Assembly (NCBI RefSeq): GCF_036321535.1 | Contig: NC_087451.1 | Span: forward strand, 48,174,001 to 48,238,000 | DNA: 64,000 nucleotides | Source: Camelus dromedarius | Taxonomy: Eukaryota | Direction: 5' to 3' | Shown here: positions 38,615 to 50,749 of the stretch, piece after piece | Layout: every line of letters starts with the position of its first letter | Numbering within the stretch: position 1 is the stretch's first letter | Program-made: the position numbers and the translations under genes | The notes under the pieces: generated by a model | The model's input: the letters and a program-made list of their open reading frames with translations, nothing else | Databases searched by the model: none | Told to the model about the DNA's origin: nothing

Positions 38615-41297
38615 ATGGCCAAGGACATCCTGGGTGAAGCACGGCTGCACTTTGATGAGCTGAACAAGCTGCGGGTGTTGGACCCAGAGGTTACTCAGCA
38701 GACCGTAGAGCTCAAGGAAGAGTGCAAGGACTTTGTGGACAGTGAGTGTCATTTGGGGAGACAGGGTACTGCTCAGCTTTGAGCTGTTCTGGCTGTGTCT
38801 TCCTCTTCCCCCCACCGGCTGACTGCAGCTCTTGGCCCTGCCACAGTGGAGCTGCTGGCTCCCAGGAGGTTGAGCCTGGCCTTCGTGAATTCTCATGTGC
38901 TACCTGCTTTGCCTACTCTCTTCTTACGCTCTCTTGTAGGTCCAGAGCACTAGTAAAAACAAATACTGTGATGGGGAGAGATGGGTGTTTATTTAGATAC
39001 ACCATCTCAGGAACCTTAAACTTCATGGGGGCAGGACTATGGCTTACGGATGGGAAATAGTTATATATTCATAATTTGATTTCTTGGGAGAAATAGTGTT
39101 CTCAGTAGCAGACTTGCCATTGTTTGGAGTGAAAGTTGATTGACTGGAGTTTCTACAGGCAGTTCAAAAGACTCAAATAAGGTCTTTTTTTTTTTTTTTA
39201 AGCTGGATACTCGGGATACCTCCTGTCCCAGCAGCCAAATAAGCCCAGTGGCAGTGAATATAGAGCAGATTTAGCTAGAGCAGGGATTTCTGGGCCTTCT
39301 GGGAGCTCCATTCTATAGGCTGTGGAGAGAGCTTGACTGGCAAAAGGTGGTGTGGGTGCTCCCACCAGTCTTCTGATTGCTCTGTTCATGCTGTTCTACC
39401 ATTTGGGCCTTAGTTTACTCTTCAGTAATGTGGAATTCCACTGTACCCAAGGAAATTGAAAAAAGCAAATGGGAGATTAGGTCCTTAAATGCTTTGAGCT
39501 TTTTGTTAGCTCTGGGTACAGGCAGAAAGCTCCCACCCCAACATTAACTGAAATATGTTGTCTTATCTGTGGCTGTCTAGAGGCAGCATTCCTGTCCTGA
39601 GTCAGTCCATTCATGAACATGGCCCTTTGTGCTTCCTGTCACTCCTGGGAAAGCAGGATGGGTTCCCTCCAGAATACTGGCCCACCAGGAGCCTAGTCTG
39701 AGCTAACAGCTACTGGCTGGCTCAGTGGGGACTCAGGGTCCACCTATGCCCCAGTCCCGCTCTGGGCACCTGGTCACCCTTCTCTAGGTTTGGACCAAGG
39801 CTGGTAGACACTAAGCTTTTTTGACACAAATTAGGAGGGGCAATTTGCTCTGTCTTTTCTCTGTAAGGGAATGCTAAGGGAGAATGGTGATGCTGAGAAA
39901 ATAAAACTTTTTTTTTTGTCCTTCCCCCAAAAGAAATTGGCCAGTTTCAGAAAATAGTTGGTGGTTTAATTGAGCTTGTTGACCAACTTGCAAAAGAAGC
40001 AGAAAATGAGAAGATGAAGGTAAGATCAGCATATGTTTTGTCCAAATCTTGGCCTGGAACCCTAGCCTCTCATCCTTCTGCCTTTTATTTTTTTGGGGTG
40101 GGGATTGTTTTATTTAATTAAAATAAGATTTTAAATACCAAGTTCCATACAAATATTGAATTATGGTGTACACCTGAAACTAACATGTCAACTGTATCTC
40201 AATTAAAAAGTAAGTAATTCTTGGTCCAATTAACCTATTTTTTAAAAATAGTTTTATTGAGGCTTGATTTTTATACAAGACTCATCCATTTTTAAGTGTG
40301 TAATTCAGTGATTTTTAGTAGTATTATAGAGGTGTGCAACCATTATCACAGTACAGTTTTAGAACATTTTCATCACCCAAAACTATTCCTTTCTGCCTCT
40401 TTGCATTCAGTACCTTCTTGTATCCCCTGCTCCAGGTGGTCATTAATCAGTGTTCATCTCTAGATTTGCCTTTTCTGAACCTTTCACATAAATGCAGTTG
40501 TACAGTATATATAGTCTTTGTGCTTCTGGATTCCGTTGTGTTAAATTTTTGAAGTTCATCCATGTTGTAGCGTAAATCAGTAGATTGTTCTTTTTCACTG
40601 CTGAACTAATACTCCATTGTATGAATTTATTACATTTTGTTTATCCATTCACTGGTTGATCAGTTAACCTACTATTGAACTCATATGCCAGGATACTTTC
40701 AGTCATTGTTTCCTTTAATCTTTTTTTTTTTTCTTGGTTGGGGGGGGTAATTAGGTTATTAGGTTTTATTTGTTCTTTAAATGGAGGTTCTGGGGACTGG
40801 ACCCAGGACCTCGTGCATGCTAAGCATACAATCTACCACTGAGCTATGCCTTCCCCTCTTGTTTCCTTTAATCTTCATATCAGCACTGAGATAAGTGGTT
40901 TATCCTCATTTTGTAAATGAAGGTGTGCAGTGTGGGTGACTCGGCAAAGGACACAGGCTAAATGGCTCTGGGGGTGCTCCTAGGTCTGCCTCAGAGCTGC
41001 AGTCTAGTTCTCACTGGGCGCTGTGGGATCATGAGGTTAAACTTCCTTCTGACTTACTGAAAGCTCTGGGTCTCAACCTTCCCCCTGCTGGGCACTGAAA
41101 TAGCCCCCAAGTGTCCCTTCCCCAGTTGAGGAGTTAATGCTGAAGATGTTTTTAGTGAAGCCATGGCCTTCTTTGGCAATACTGTTCTTCTAGGCCATTG
41201 GTGCTCGGAACTTGCTCAAATCTATAGCAAAGCAGAGAGAAGCCCAACAGCAGCAACTGCAGGCACTCATAGCAGAAAAGAAAATGCAGCTTGAAAG
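38615..41297 (+). CDS. IFT20: IFT20 intraflagellar transport protein; three visible coding exons, terminal coding exon missing (N-gap)
   Basis: Exons 38615-38741, 39934-40019, 41194-41297: [105 protein letters not shown]; ends at a phase-2 donor with no stop. Confidence 0.96.
40240..40660 (-). mobile_element. Old LINE-1 (L1M-type) 3' end fragment, IFT20 intron
   Basis: Typical L1M 3'UTR text (ttttattgag...gtgtgcaaccat...ttttagaacattttcatcaccc...gttcatccatgttgtagc). Confidence 0.65.
40723..40858 (-). mobile_element. tRNA-derived SINE (camelid Vic-type)
   Basis: Same family as the 23888 copy; 17-bp TSD TTGTTTCCTTTAATCTT (40706-40722 and 40859-40875). Confidence 0.88.
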
Positions 41298-41833
41298 GTA
41301 AGAATTTTTGATGTAAAGCAAGTTCTTGACTCAACTGTGATTTTATTTTTCCTTCTTGAATGGTCACCTCGTCCATATTCTTCATCATCGTTCTCCCGGG
41401 AATAGTCTTGTCATCCTGATTTGAAGATTTTAAAAATAAAATTACATTTGATGGGAAGAAAATTTAATTTCAAACAACCTCTAGTTTGAGAGCATGAAAG
41501 CACAGGTAGTGTCTAGAGTTGGCTGGCTCTCTGAAAGGAAGACTCTCAGGGCTAGAGGCTTTCCAAGGGTGGCCCCAGGTAGGGCATTGCCTCTTACTTT
41601 TTTCTTTCTTGCCCTCACTAACTTCATTTTGAGCTCACACCATTTCTTGGAATCATCTAAATCACCCACATTCTTCTATAGAAGAATTAAGTCCATGGTT
41701 TNNNNNNNNNNNNNNNNNNNNNNNNNNNNNNNNNNNNNNNNNNNNNNNNNNNNNNNNNNNNNNNNNNNNNNNNNNNNNNNNNNNNNNNNNNNNNNNNNNN
41801 NNNNNNNNNNNNNNNNNNNNNNNNNNNNNNNNN

Positions 41834-42170
41834 TTGTAGCAGGAGGGCAAAAAAGAAAAAAGAAAAAAAAAAAACCCATAACCCCAAATCAAAAAACCCT
41901 CTGTACCATTGCAGTGACTTATGACCCAGTGTGTTGTATAAGGTGTGTGAAGAATGCAGCATCTCTGAAGGCAGTAATAAATCAAATCTGAGGGAGCTTT
42001 TTTCAGATGTCAGTGCATCTGCAGGTGAACACCCAGTGGCCATGGTGGTCCAGGTTCTCACCTCTTGCATTCTCAGTCTGAACTGAGCAGTATGTGAACT
42101 TTTTTTTTCTTGGTATATTTACAAAGCTTTGGAAGGAAAAGCAATAAATTATTATTTTCAAATGGCTTGA
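41834..42170 (+). other. IFT20: IFT20 3'UTR with AATAAA signals at 41976, 42143 and 42254
   Basis: Sequence after the gap resembles the human IFT20 3'UTR as I recall it (…ACAAAGCTTTGGAAGG…GCAATAAAT…TTTTCAAATGGCTTG). Confidence 0.7.
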
Positions 42171-42721
42171 TCTACCTCTTTTCCTGATACCCTTGAAATG
42201 TACAGTTAACCCTTTATAAGAGAACCCTGCCCTCCCTAGCCCCTAGTCCACAAAATAAACCAGGTAGTGGTCAGCAGCTTCTTTTATTTGGACCAGACAC
42301 ACGAGTCAGATGATACTCCCAACAATCAGACCGTTAGGGCTTCTAAGCAAAACAAAGAGAGGTAACTAACCAGGACCAGTGCCTACCATTTTCCACGTGC
42401 GTTCACAGTCTTTTTTTTTGAGTTGGCCTTGAGTACAAATTTAGAGAAAGCTAATAAAATACCAAATACTAATGTGAAGAGAATCTATATGCACCCATTG
42501 GACCTGTCATGCCCAGCCCCCTGTCCCCTTTGGGAACAAGACAGGAAGGAATTCTTAAAACTATTAGGATGGATGAAGTTATTCAGTAAGAAGCACAGCT
42601 CCAGATCAGGTTTTGAGACACCAGACCTCAGAGTAAAGCAACTTATGTTAGGTGGTCTCTAAAAAGTAACAGAAGACTAAGGTCTGGAAAGAGGATAAAC
42701 AAGGAGACTAAAAAATCTCTT

Positions 42722-43421
42722 CTCGGTTACGAGAGCTGGAGCTGCGGATCAAGCCTGATCAAGATGACAGCCTCCCAAAAGCACTGAGACTTCATGGCAG
42801 AGCTCATGGGGAAAAAACCAGTGGGAAGGCTGGCCGGGATTGGTGAAGTCCTGGGCAAGGAGCTGGAGAAAAGAGGCTTTGAAAAGGCCTATGTGGTCCT
42901 TGGTCAGTTCTGGTTCTAAAGAAAGACGAAGACCTCTTCTGGGAATGGCTGAAGGACACATGCGGCACCAACGCCAAGCAGTCTCAGGACTGCTTCGGGT
43001 GCCTTCAAGAGTGGTGCAATGCCTTCTTGTGATGCTCTCCGGGGAGACCCCGATCCCTACCCCCAGTATTGAGTCTCCAGAGTTTGCAGTCAAGTGAGGA
43101 CTCCTCCTCCGTCTTCTACAAAGGAAAAGATTGCTGTTGTGGTCCACACCTCCGATGCACTCCAGGGTCCTTTGGGAGTTCTCTCCCATCACCATTTCAA
43201 CTTTTTTGGAGGTCTCACTCTTGCTTGCATTTCCCTTCTCTCCCTGCCAATTTCATGTCAGCAATTACCAGCTTTTCTGAGTGGATTCCTGGTTCCTTCC
43301 TTCACACTCACCCTCACCTCTGGTCTGTTTTATGCCATTTGGTCCTCTTTGGCAGAACAGTTACTGTTCTTGTAAAATTTTTTAAATCAATAAAGTCAGT
43401 GGCCGTCAAAAAAAAAAAAAA
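42722..43421 (+). pseudogene. BANF1: BANF1 (barrier-to-autointegration factor) processed pseudogene
   Basis: Intronless: 5'UTR remnant, CDS remnant 42764-43032 ([48 protein letters not shown] / [38 protein letters not shown]), TGA at codon 8, 1-nt deletion near 42910, AATAAA at 43389, A-tail 43408-43421, TSD AAAAAATCTCTT (42710-42721 and 43416-43427). Confidence 0.95.
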
Positions 43422-44055
43422 TCTCTTGTGGGATGATCTTTTTAAGACAAATAATACACCTTCTAGTCTGACCCATTTCTGACTTAGTCTCACTAGGGTT
43501 GAACCTTAAGGAAAACTAAGTTTAAAGCTCTTATAGACTATCTCCCCACCACCTAGGAGTGGGGGCAAGAAAACAGTTTTTAATGAATAGTAAAGAGGCA
43601 TAATTTCAAACTTAAAAATGGCCTGAAACATCCCACTGTTCATTTTGCTGATTCACGACATGCTGTAGACTCCGGAGTCAAGGTTTAGTCACACGCTGGT
43701 CAGATAAGTCATGATACATGCCAAGTAGGCCATGTTTCTTGGAAGTTTATCTAGTTTCTGGTCTGGTCCTGCCTTTAGTAATCCTGCAAGGGAACTTGGG
43801 CACACAGCAAGTCCTTTGGCACCACTTCGCCATAACCTGGCCCACACCCTCTGCCTGTCCTCAGGTGATGGGTCTGTTTGTGCCAGTGCCCTTGGAAGGT
43901 GACAGTTTGATATGCCTCTTGCTGGTGTCTTGCTCCTGTGTGTTGCTGCTGGTATATTTCAAATACTATTGAAAACCTGGGTTCTGAGCAGTTTTCCTGG
44001 TACTGCGTCAACAGGAAACTGCCCTGTGGGCATCTCTTCCTGGGGCCCATGGTTC

Positions 44056-47000
44056 TCATTTTTTCTTTATTTTCTCCTTGTAGTAAGGGTTCCGCAACAG
44101 GAAAAGCAGAAGTATAAGAGGGATGAGAAAATAGGGAGTGTAGACAGATATAAGGAATAGTCGTTCGTGGAAAGTCTTAGGTCCTAGTCCTTTGAAACAA
44201 CTGGCTTTGGAGAAGTCCTCGAATAGAAATGTGGAGAGGATTGGTATCAGAGTTGTCATGGTGTGCACTGAGTAGATGACTGCAGGGGTGCGGATCCACC
44301 TACAGCCTCCTGAGGTCGTTGGGGGGAGAGAGAGAGAGAGAAGCGTCAGGTCTGCTTGTGACTCCAGGGATGCCCACAACATCCTTCCCCGTCTCTGCCT
44401 GCTCCCTTCAGCTGAATCATTCTACCTCCTTTTCCAAGTGGAAACCAATGGAAAGCTGGATGTGTTATAATAGTGCCTAACGTGCAAACTTACATGACAG
44501 CTGGAGGCCTAACACACTGACTGCCAAAGAACTAAGGGTGGGGGCTGGAATTTAATTCAGAAAAACTGGGGCAGTAAAATGGCCATTACCAGTTAAACCT
44601 GGTTGGTCTACAGTGCAATGGTGCTGGGGGCAGTCCTGCCAGCAGCATCTGTTAAGTAATTATATAGCGGTGAGAGGGATCAACAGATTCTGCTGAGAGA
44701 GGACTGGGGGGCTCCAGTGGGACATAAGCTGTATAAGCTTGGTTACCATGAACACTGGTATAGCTGCCTTCTTTATAAAAGCATTAGTCATGTGGGACAC
44801 TTAAGGATAATTTTTAAATGAGATGTTGAACCATTTAGGGATTAGCTTAATGCTACTGCTTACAAGCCAGTATGATACTCCCAAAGCAGAAAAATAAAAG
44901 CCAATAATAATAATAATAAATTTTGTAGGGGGAAAAACAATAAAAAGAAACAAGTTCAATCTTTAAAGTAGCCTCAGGTTTCACGTGTAAGAGGTTTCTA
45001 GTCGACTGAGGCAGCCCTGCAGCCCAGCTGACCAGACACTAGCCTGAGCCACATTAACGTCTCTTTACAAGATCTACCCTGGCCATTCCCAGCAGATCGT
45101 CTGTCTCCTTCCAGGGACCACTCCCCACTCCCAAAAGATTTCTGGCACCTGGTTTCAGGGCAAAAATGGGATCTCCCCACCATTTACCAACCTTTGAAGA
45201 AAGCATATGTTGCAATGGGGAAGAAAGGCAGCTGAAACACCAGCTCGCAGAACAGGAAAGACTTAAACCACATTGGCGGGTTCTGCAGCAGAGGGTCTTT
45301 GAACTCCTCAGTGTACCACTGCCGCAGGTTTCTCAGCTGGGAAAAGAGCACGATCACGATGAATATGGCCACCGGGCAGTACAGGCATCACCAGCTCCAA
45401 CCCACTGGAAGAGTCATTCATTGCCCAGGCCCCTTGGCAGCAGACAGCACACCCAGCTGGCTTTTGTGCTACCCAGCGTTTGTCAAGAGCAACAGTATCT
45501 GCCACTTAGTAGGCTCTTAGTTTGCTGAACAAATACACGGATGTGACTTATCTGCCAACACCATCATGATATTTGTCCTTTCACAACAGCAACTGCACAG
45601 CAAACTCCAAGGGCCAGATTGCCTCAAATACAGAAATGAATTTCCTCATCTTTTTTGGAGGGGATGGGATGGGAGGGAGGTAAATCTCTGTGAAAACCTC
45701 TGTGAATATGCAATTTTAGGCAATTTGAATAATCCCCAAATCTCAAGTTCCTCATCTTTCTTAACCCCCTAGTTCTAATTTCTTTTCTCCTTTTAGGAGA
45801 CCAGTAGGATATTTGTAGAAGAACAAACTCTCCCCTATACCATAAACTATGTAGCTTCTAGGTTATGTCAAGGCTGGACAGTTAGTGGTCTCAGTTCTAG
45901 CTTGGGCCCCACTTTCATAATTACACTGTCATATCAAAAGATACAGATCCATGTTGATGTGGCTACAGGCAGGGGAAGGAAGCGGGAGGATTTGAGGCTG
46001 CCTAGTTTGTGCTCTTTTATGAGCCCGAAGCCTCCATACCATGCAGACTACTGTTAACCTCCTGGAGACAGCATCTTAACACACCTGCCTTCAAAGCCAA
46101 ATATATGTCTTGTTATTATGATAAATCAAGATAACTCCCAAGATAAGAATTTGGCTTACAATGGAAAATTCAAAAATATTTTTCCTGTTAATTTTTAATC
46201 TAAAGATAAAGGTTCACAGTTGTGAAATAGAAGCCTCTTTGCTGTGAGTGAGCTTTAAGCAAATATCCAGACACCAACATTCTGTTAGCATAATATTAAT
46301 TACAAAAAGGCCTTAGCTAGATAACCAATTTATTGACCAAATGATCTTTAATTTGTATTTGAGTTGAAATTTAAATTCACAGCAATATCCTTAGCTTCTT
46401 CCTAAGCACTTTTCAGGATGGTAATGTGAAAATATTCACAAAGGTTAAGTCATGGCACCTCTCCTGGGCTCTAGTTCCATACATGTAAAACAAGTGACTT
46501 GGACTAAATGTTTCTTAAGATCCTTTTTTGCTTTCTAGATTTACTTAAAACAATTACTTAAAATTTACTGTAAAAAATCCTGGAAGGAAGAAACTATTTT
46601 AAAAGATTTACTGCAGAATTGAAAAGGCATTCTGGTTCATTTGAACTTCATTTTCTATTTAATTTGTATATTCTCTCTGATACACCCATTTCATAAATCT
46701 AGGCAAATTTGTACAACAGTGTAATTTCTAAGGGCTGCAGGATGATATTAGCAAAATTTACAATCCAGGAGACCCTTGAACAACACGGGTTTGAACTGCA
46801 CAGTTCCACTTACATGCAGATTTTTTTCAACAGTAAATACTACAGTACTTTACAGTACAGTACTGTGGCTGGCTAAAATTTGAGGATTGGGAGGAACTGT
46901 GGGTATGTGGGGGCTGACTATAAATTATACGTGGATTTTCGACTGTGCAGAGGGTCGACGCCCTTAACCCCTGAGCTGAATGAAGAGCATTGGGACCTGG

Positions 47001-47890
47001 GGATAGAGTGCCTAGCTCTGGGCTAAACACTTCACCTCACTAAGCTTGTTTCCTGATTTATAGCACCTACTTCACTGTTGGTCAGATGAAAGGAGTTAAT
47101 GCTCAGTCTTTAGAACAATGTAAATGTTCTAGCTAGCACATAGCAAATGTTAAGATTACTTAATCAAATGTAATTAATATTTATTTGGAGGAGTTCAAAT
47201 TTAATCCTATTAAAATCTCAGCACGTGAGTGGTCTTTCATAAGAATTATTCTTATTAGGTAAGACCCCCAAAAAGGTAATAAAACTCTTTCCGTGTATAC
47301 CTGACTCACATTTGATTCAATTTACCACTGTCATCCATTAAAGTCACCAGCCCTATGCACAAGGATTTCTAAACCAGAGTTGCTACTGAACAATCTTGCA
47401 CTCCTCTGCCTTAGAATGAGTGCAGACTGGTTTCAGGCCTAGATGCTCACTTGTTTTTCCTTATTTTAACAGAAGCAGTGCTACCCAGCTGCACGTGGCA
47501 CTACAAATGCTTCCCATCCCCTCTGTGTTCTAATCCAAACTAGTTTTACTGTTTCATACTAAGGGTTTTTATAAGTATTGATCTGGTTCAAACCAAGACA
47601 GATATTTGCAACTTTTAGCCCAATCATTATGTGATCTCCACAATCTTTTTAGTTCTAGGGGAAAACTCCTTCTGTTTAGGGAGGAAAAACACAACAGATG
47701 TTAAATTTTGGCACTTTTTCAAAGAGAATCTGAAGATAACTCAAGGCTTTTATTAGCGATATTTCCCCATACAGAAGCAACAAAACCATCTTTGCCCACC
47801 CAAAGCACCAGGAGTGAATAAAGACACAGGCATCCCAAGCTGGGATGCCCCTGTGTTGCTAAGGCCTTCAAACAGCATCAGGCAGACACA

Positions 47891-47934
<44 letters not shown>

Positions 47935-50110
47935 CTGGTCAGAACCTGCCTACGTTGGCTCTTGATCTTTTACAGTAAGTCAATTTAAAAAAAATAAAGC
48001 TGAGAAAACTTTACCTAATCAAATACGTGAGTTTAAATGGGTCTTTATGATGCTGGACACATTTAATTGTATTTTGTGAGTGATCAGCAAGGAACTTGTG
48101 GTAATGGCACATTCAGAAAAGATAGGGAAACCAACAGCTGTTAAGTCTGGACGGGCTGGCTGCCTGGAGTAACATAACTGCCTAGTATGAAAGGAACTCA
48201 TAATGTCAGAGACTAAACAGGTAGTGTGCCTGAGTTCTGCTGGCCAGCAGACTGCACAGACATGGCTCTCCTTTCTTCAAGGCAGCTAATAGCCGCTGCA
48301 GAGCTGTGACAACCTGTTCAGAAAGATCATGTACCACCTGGGCCTATGTGGTAGGCTGAATAATGGCCCCCAAAGATATCCACATCTTAATCCCTAGAAC
48401 CTATGAATGTAACCCTGTCTGGCAAAAGAGACTTTGCAGGTGTGATTGGGTTAAGGATCTTGAGATGGGAAGACTATCCTTGTTATCTGGTGGGTCCTAA
48501 ATGTAATCACAAGTGTCCTTATAAAAGCGGGGCAGAGGGAGATTGGACTAATGAAGAAAAGGCAGCAAAGTGACAACAGAAACAGATATTGATGTGATGT
48601 CGCCACAAGCCAAGAACACCTGCAGCCACCAGAAACAGAGAGGCAAGAACAGATCCTCCCCTGAGACCTTCAGAAGGAACCAGCCTGCAAGACTCATTTC
48701 AAACTTCTGACCTCCAGAACTGAACGAGCTTAAGTTTGTGTTGTTTTAAACCACTGTATTTTTGTAATTTGTTCTGTAACAAATAGGAAACTAATACACC
48801 CTGTATCTGTTTGAGCTTGTAATTTAACCCAACTCTCTTCTACTTGACAATTGAAGCTACAGAGCCTTGTCTTGCCCAAGACTCTCAAGCAGTTCGTGGA
48901 AGAACAGTTCCCAGACTGTGGGCCAGTGCTCTTGCCACACACAACCCAGGAAAAGGTAGGTCAGAGGTCTTCCCAGTTATGTTTGGAGCTAGAAACAAAC
49001 CAGACTATGGAGTCGGGGTATATTGTCCAGCAGTGGCTCTTAACCTTTTTGGGAGGGTTGGAGCCCTGGAAAAGTTGATGGAAGCTACAGAAAACACAAG
49101 ACACACGCAATTTTGGATATCCCATTAGGGGTTCACAGACCTCAGGCAAAGAACGCCTGCTCTGCAGAGAAAAAGCATTTAAGGAAAAACAAAGGCAAAA
49201 CCAAATCTTTAGGTAGACAAGTCAACCGTGCCCACCCTTCTACAGTCTAGAAGCGCAGAACTGAAGACTGGAATCCTGGGATAGAAGGTTATAGGGTCCA
49301 GACGTGAAAATAAAACGTAAGAATTAAAAAGCATTAAAGCGAAGTTTGGGGTAAATAATACTCTCCAAAAACCAAGAAATGGGGCTTTTCGCCTCTGTTT
49401 CTACCCAGGTGATCATTCTTACTCAAACCCAATTAAACAGGCTGATTTGAAAAGGTGTCGTCAGTTTATTTCTGAGCTTTGGAAGTTGCTGGATCCTAAT
49501 CGTGAAGTAAGGACGCCCAGCGGGTGTCTTTTAGCCGGTCTAATTCTACTTGCATTATTTCTCTGGGATTAGTCGGTATTTTAAAGCTCTCCCAAGAAAC
49601 ACAATTTTAAAGCAAGTCCAACATATGATTGGGGCACTGGATCATCCAGATTACTTCCCTCAAATACCGACAACTGATCAGAGCTGGGGTATGGGAGCCT
49701 TAAACTAACCCAGGGAAGAGCTGTCTTTAAAAGGAGCAAAGTGCCCACAGAAGCCCAGGAGAAGCTGCTGGGAGAAACGAAGAAAACCTCGAGGAACTAA
49801 GTCGAATTGACCGGTAAGGAGGGGCCGCAGCGCCGGCAGGACCCCAGGAAAGCGGAAGGGAACCCTGACTGGGCGAGGCGGGGGGCGAGGCCTGAGGAGG
49901 GGAGGTCACGGCGCCGCCGGGAGAACCGCTGGCCGAGGGGCCCCAATCTCGGCGACCGGCGGCCAGGACCGACGGAGCCCTCACCTCGACGGGGTAGAGA
50001 TCGCGCGGCAGCAACGCCTGCAGGTCCATGAGGAGGGTGATGGGGATGTGGGTGAGGAAGTAGAAGCCCAGCAGCCATTCCAGGCCGCGCCGGGCGCCGA
50101 GAGGCCCCAT
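44056..50110 (-). CDS. TMEM97: TMEM97 (sigma-2 receptor/MAC30, EXPERA domain), 3 exons, 174 aa
   Basis: Exons 49985-50110, 45192-45336, 44056-44309; GT-AG; 525 nt in frame. [35 protein letters not shown]...[24 protein letters not shown]...[21 protein letters not shown]...; C-terminal KIKKK ER-retrieval-type motif. Confidence 0.97.
46771..46990 (+). mobile_element. Tigger2-like (TcMar-Tigger) non-autonomous DNA transposon remnant
   Basis: Starts GACCCTTGAACAACACGGGTTTGAACTGC and ends with a degenerate CCTTAACCCC...AAG terminal repeat; family assigned from memory. Confidence 0.6.
47896..47930. repeat. (AC)17 microsatellite, TMEM97 intron 1
   Basis: Perfect dinucleotide run. Confidence 0.97.
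48347..48798 (+). mobile_element. MLT1-type (ERVL-MaLR) solo LTR
   Basis: TGTGGTAGGCTGAATAATGGCCCCCAAAGATATCC...GTAATTTGTT...GGAAACTAATACA, with TG..CA termini. Confidence 0.85.
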
Positions 50111-50650
50111 TATCGGTTGGTTAAGTCGGGCAGGACTCGAGGCGACGTTCGCCGGAACGCGACGTGGGAAGAGGCCCCGGCTCGCGCCGTCCGAGACCCT
50201 CCTCCCGCCCCACCCGACCTGAGGGTGACGCCGCCGGCTCCCATTGGCTGAGAAGCGGCAAGCGGGCCGGGAGCGGCTGCAGAGGCGGCCCGCGGGCCGT
50301 TTCAATTGGCTGTGGAGAGCGCCGCGTGAGCGTGGGCGGTGCTGCTCGGCCGCCGCGTGGGACCACTCCGGGCGGTGGGCGTGCACGTTGAGCCGCTCTG
50401 CCCTCCGCCGGGACCGCCCGCCTCCTCGCCGGCACCGCGTGCGCGCTGGGCTCCGCAGCGGCTGCTCTCCTTGGCGCTTTCGCTCATCACTCCTCCGTTC
50501 CTTCATTTCATCCATTTAGCGCTTGCGAAGCGCCTCTTGTATGCCCGGCCTTGGACGCTTTTGGGGATGGAGCTCCCAATGCAGTGGGGTGTCACCCTCC
50601 AGGGCCGGGAGGACAGTGCGTGGTGATCCGTGCCGTGGGACCAGCGGTCA
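50111..50650 (-). promoter_or_regulatory. TMEM97 CpG-island promoter
   Basis: CpG-rich; two CCAAT boxes on the minus strand (ATTGG at 50243-50247 and 50305-50309); GC boxes; SRE-like GTGGGGTG at 50584-50591. Confidence 0.7.
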
Positions 50651-50749
50651 GGAGCTCTGTCCCGCCGTAGTTGAGGGTCCCGGAAGCCTTTTGAAGGAGG
50701 CAGCCAGCCTCAGTTAAGAAAGAAGCACAGGAGGTAAAATTGACTAGTC

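Noticed and set aside
38129-38896. 255-aa ORF and other X-containing ORFs (41.5-42 kb, 57-62 kb)
   Set aside because: Artefacts of translating through N-runs.
44640-44695. 14-bp inverted repeat with one mismatch in TMEM97 intron 2
   Set aside because: A 28-nt unpaired loop and no C/D or H/ACA boxes; not miRNA- or snoRNA-like.
46327-46340. AATTTATTGACCAA resembling the missing IFT20 last exon (EFIDQ)
   Set aside because: Only a 14-nt match with no flanking codons or acceptor, and it lies downstream of the IFT20 3'UTR.
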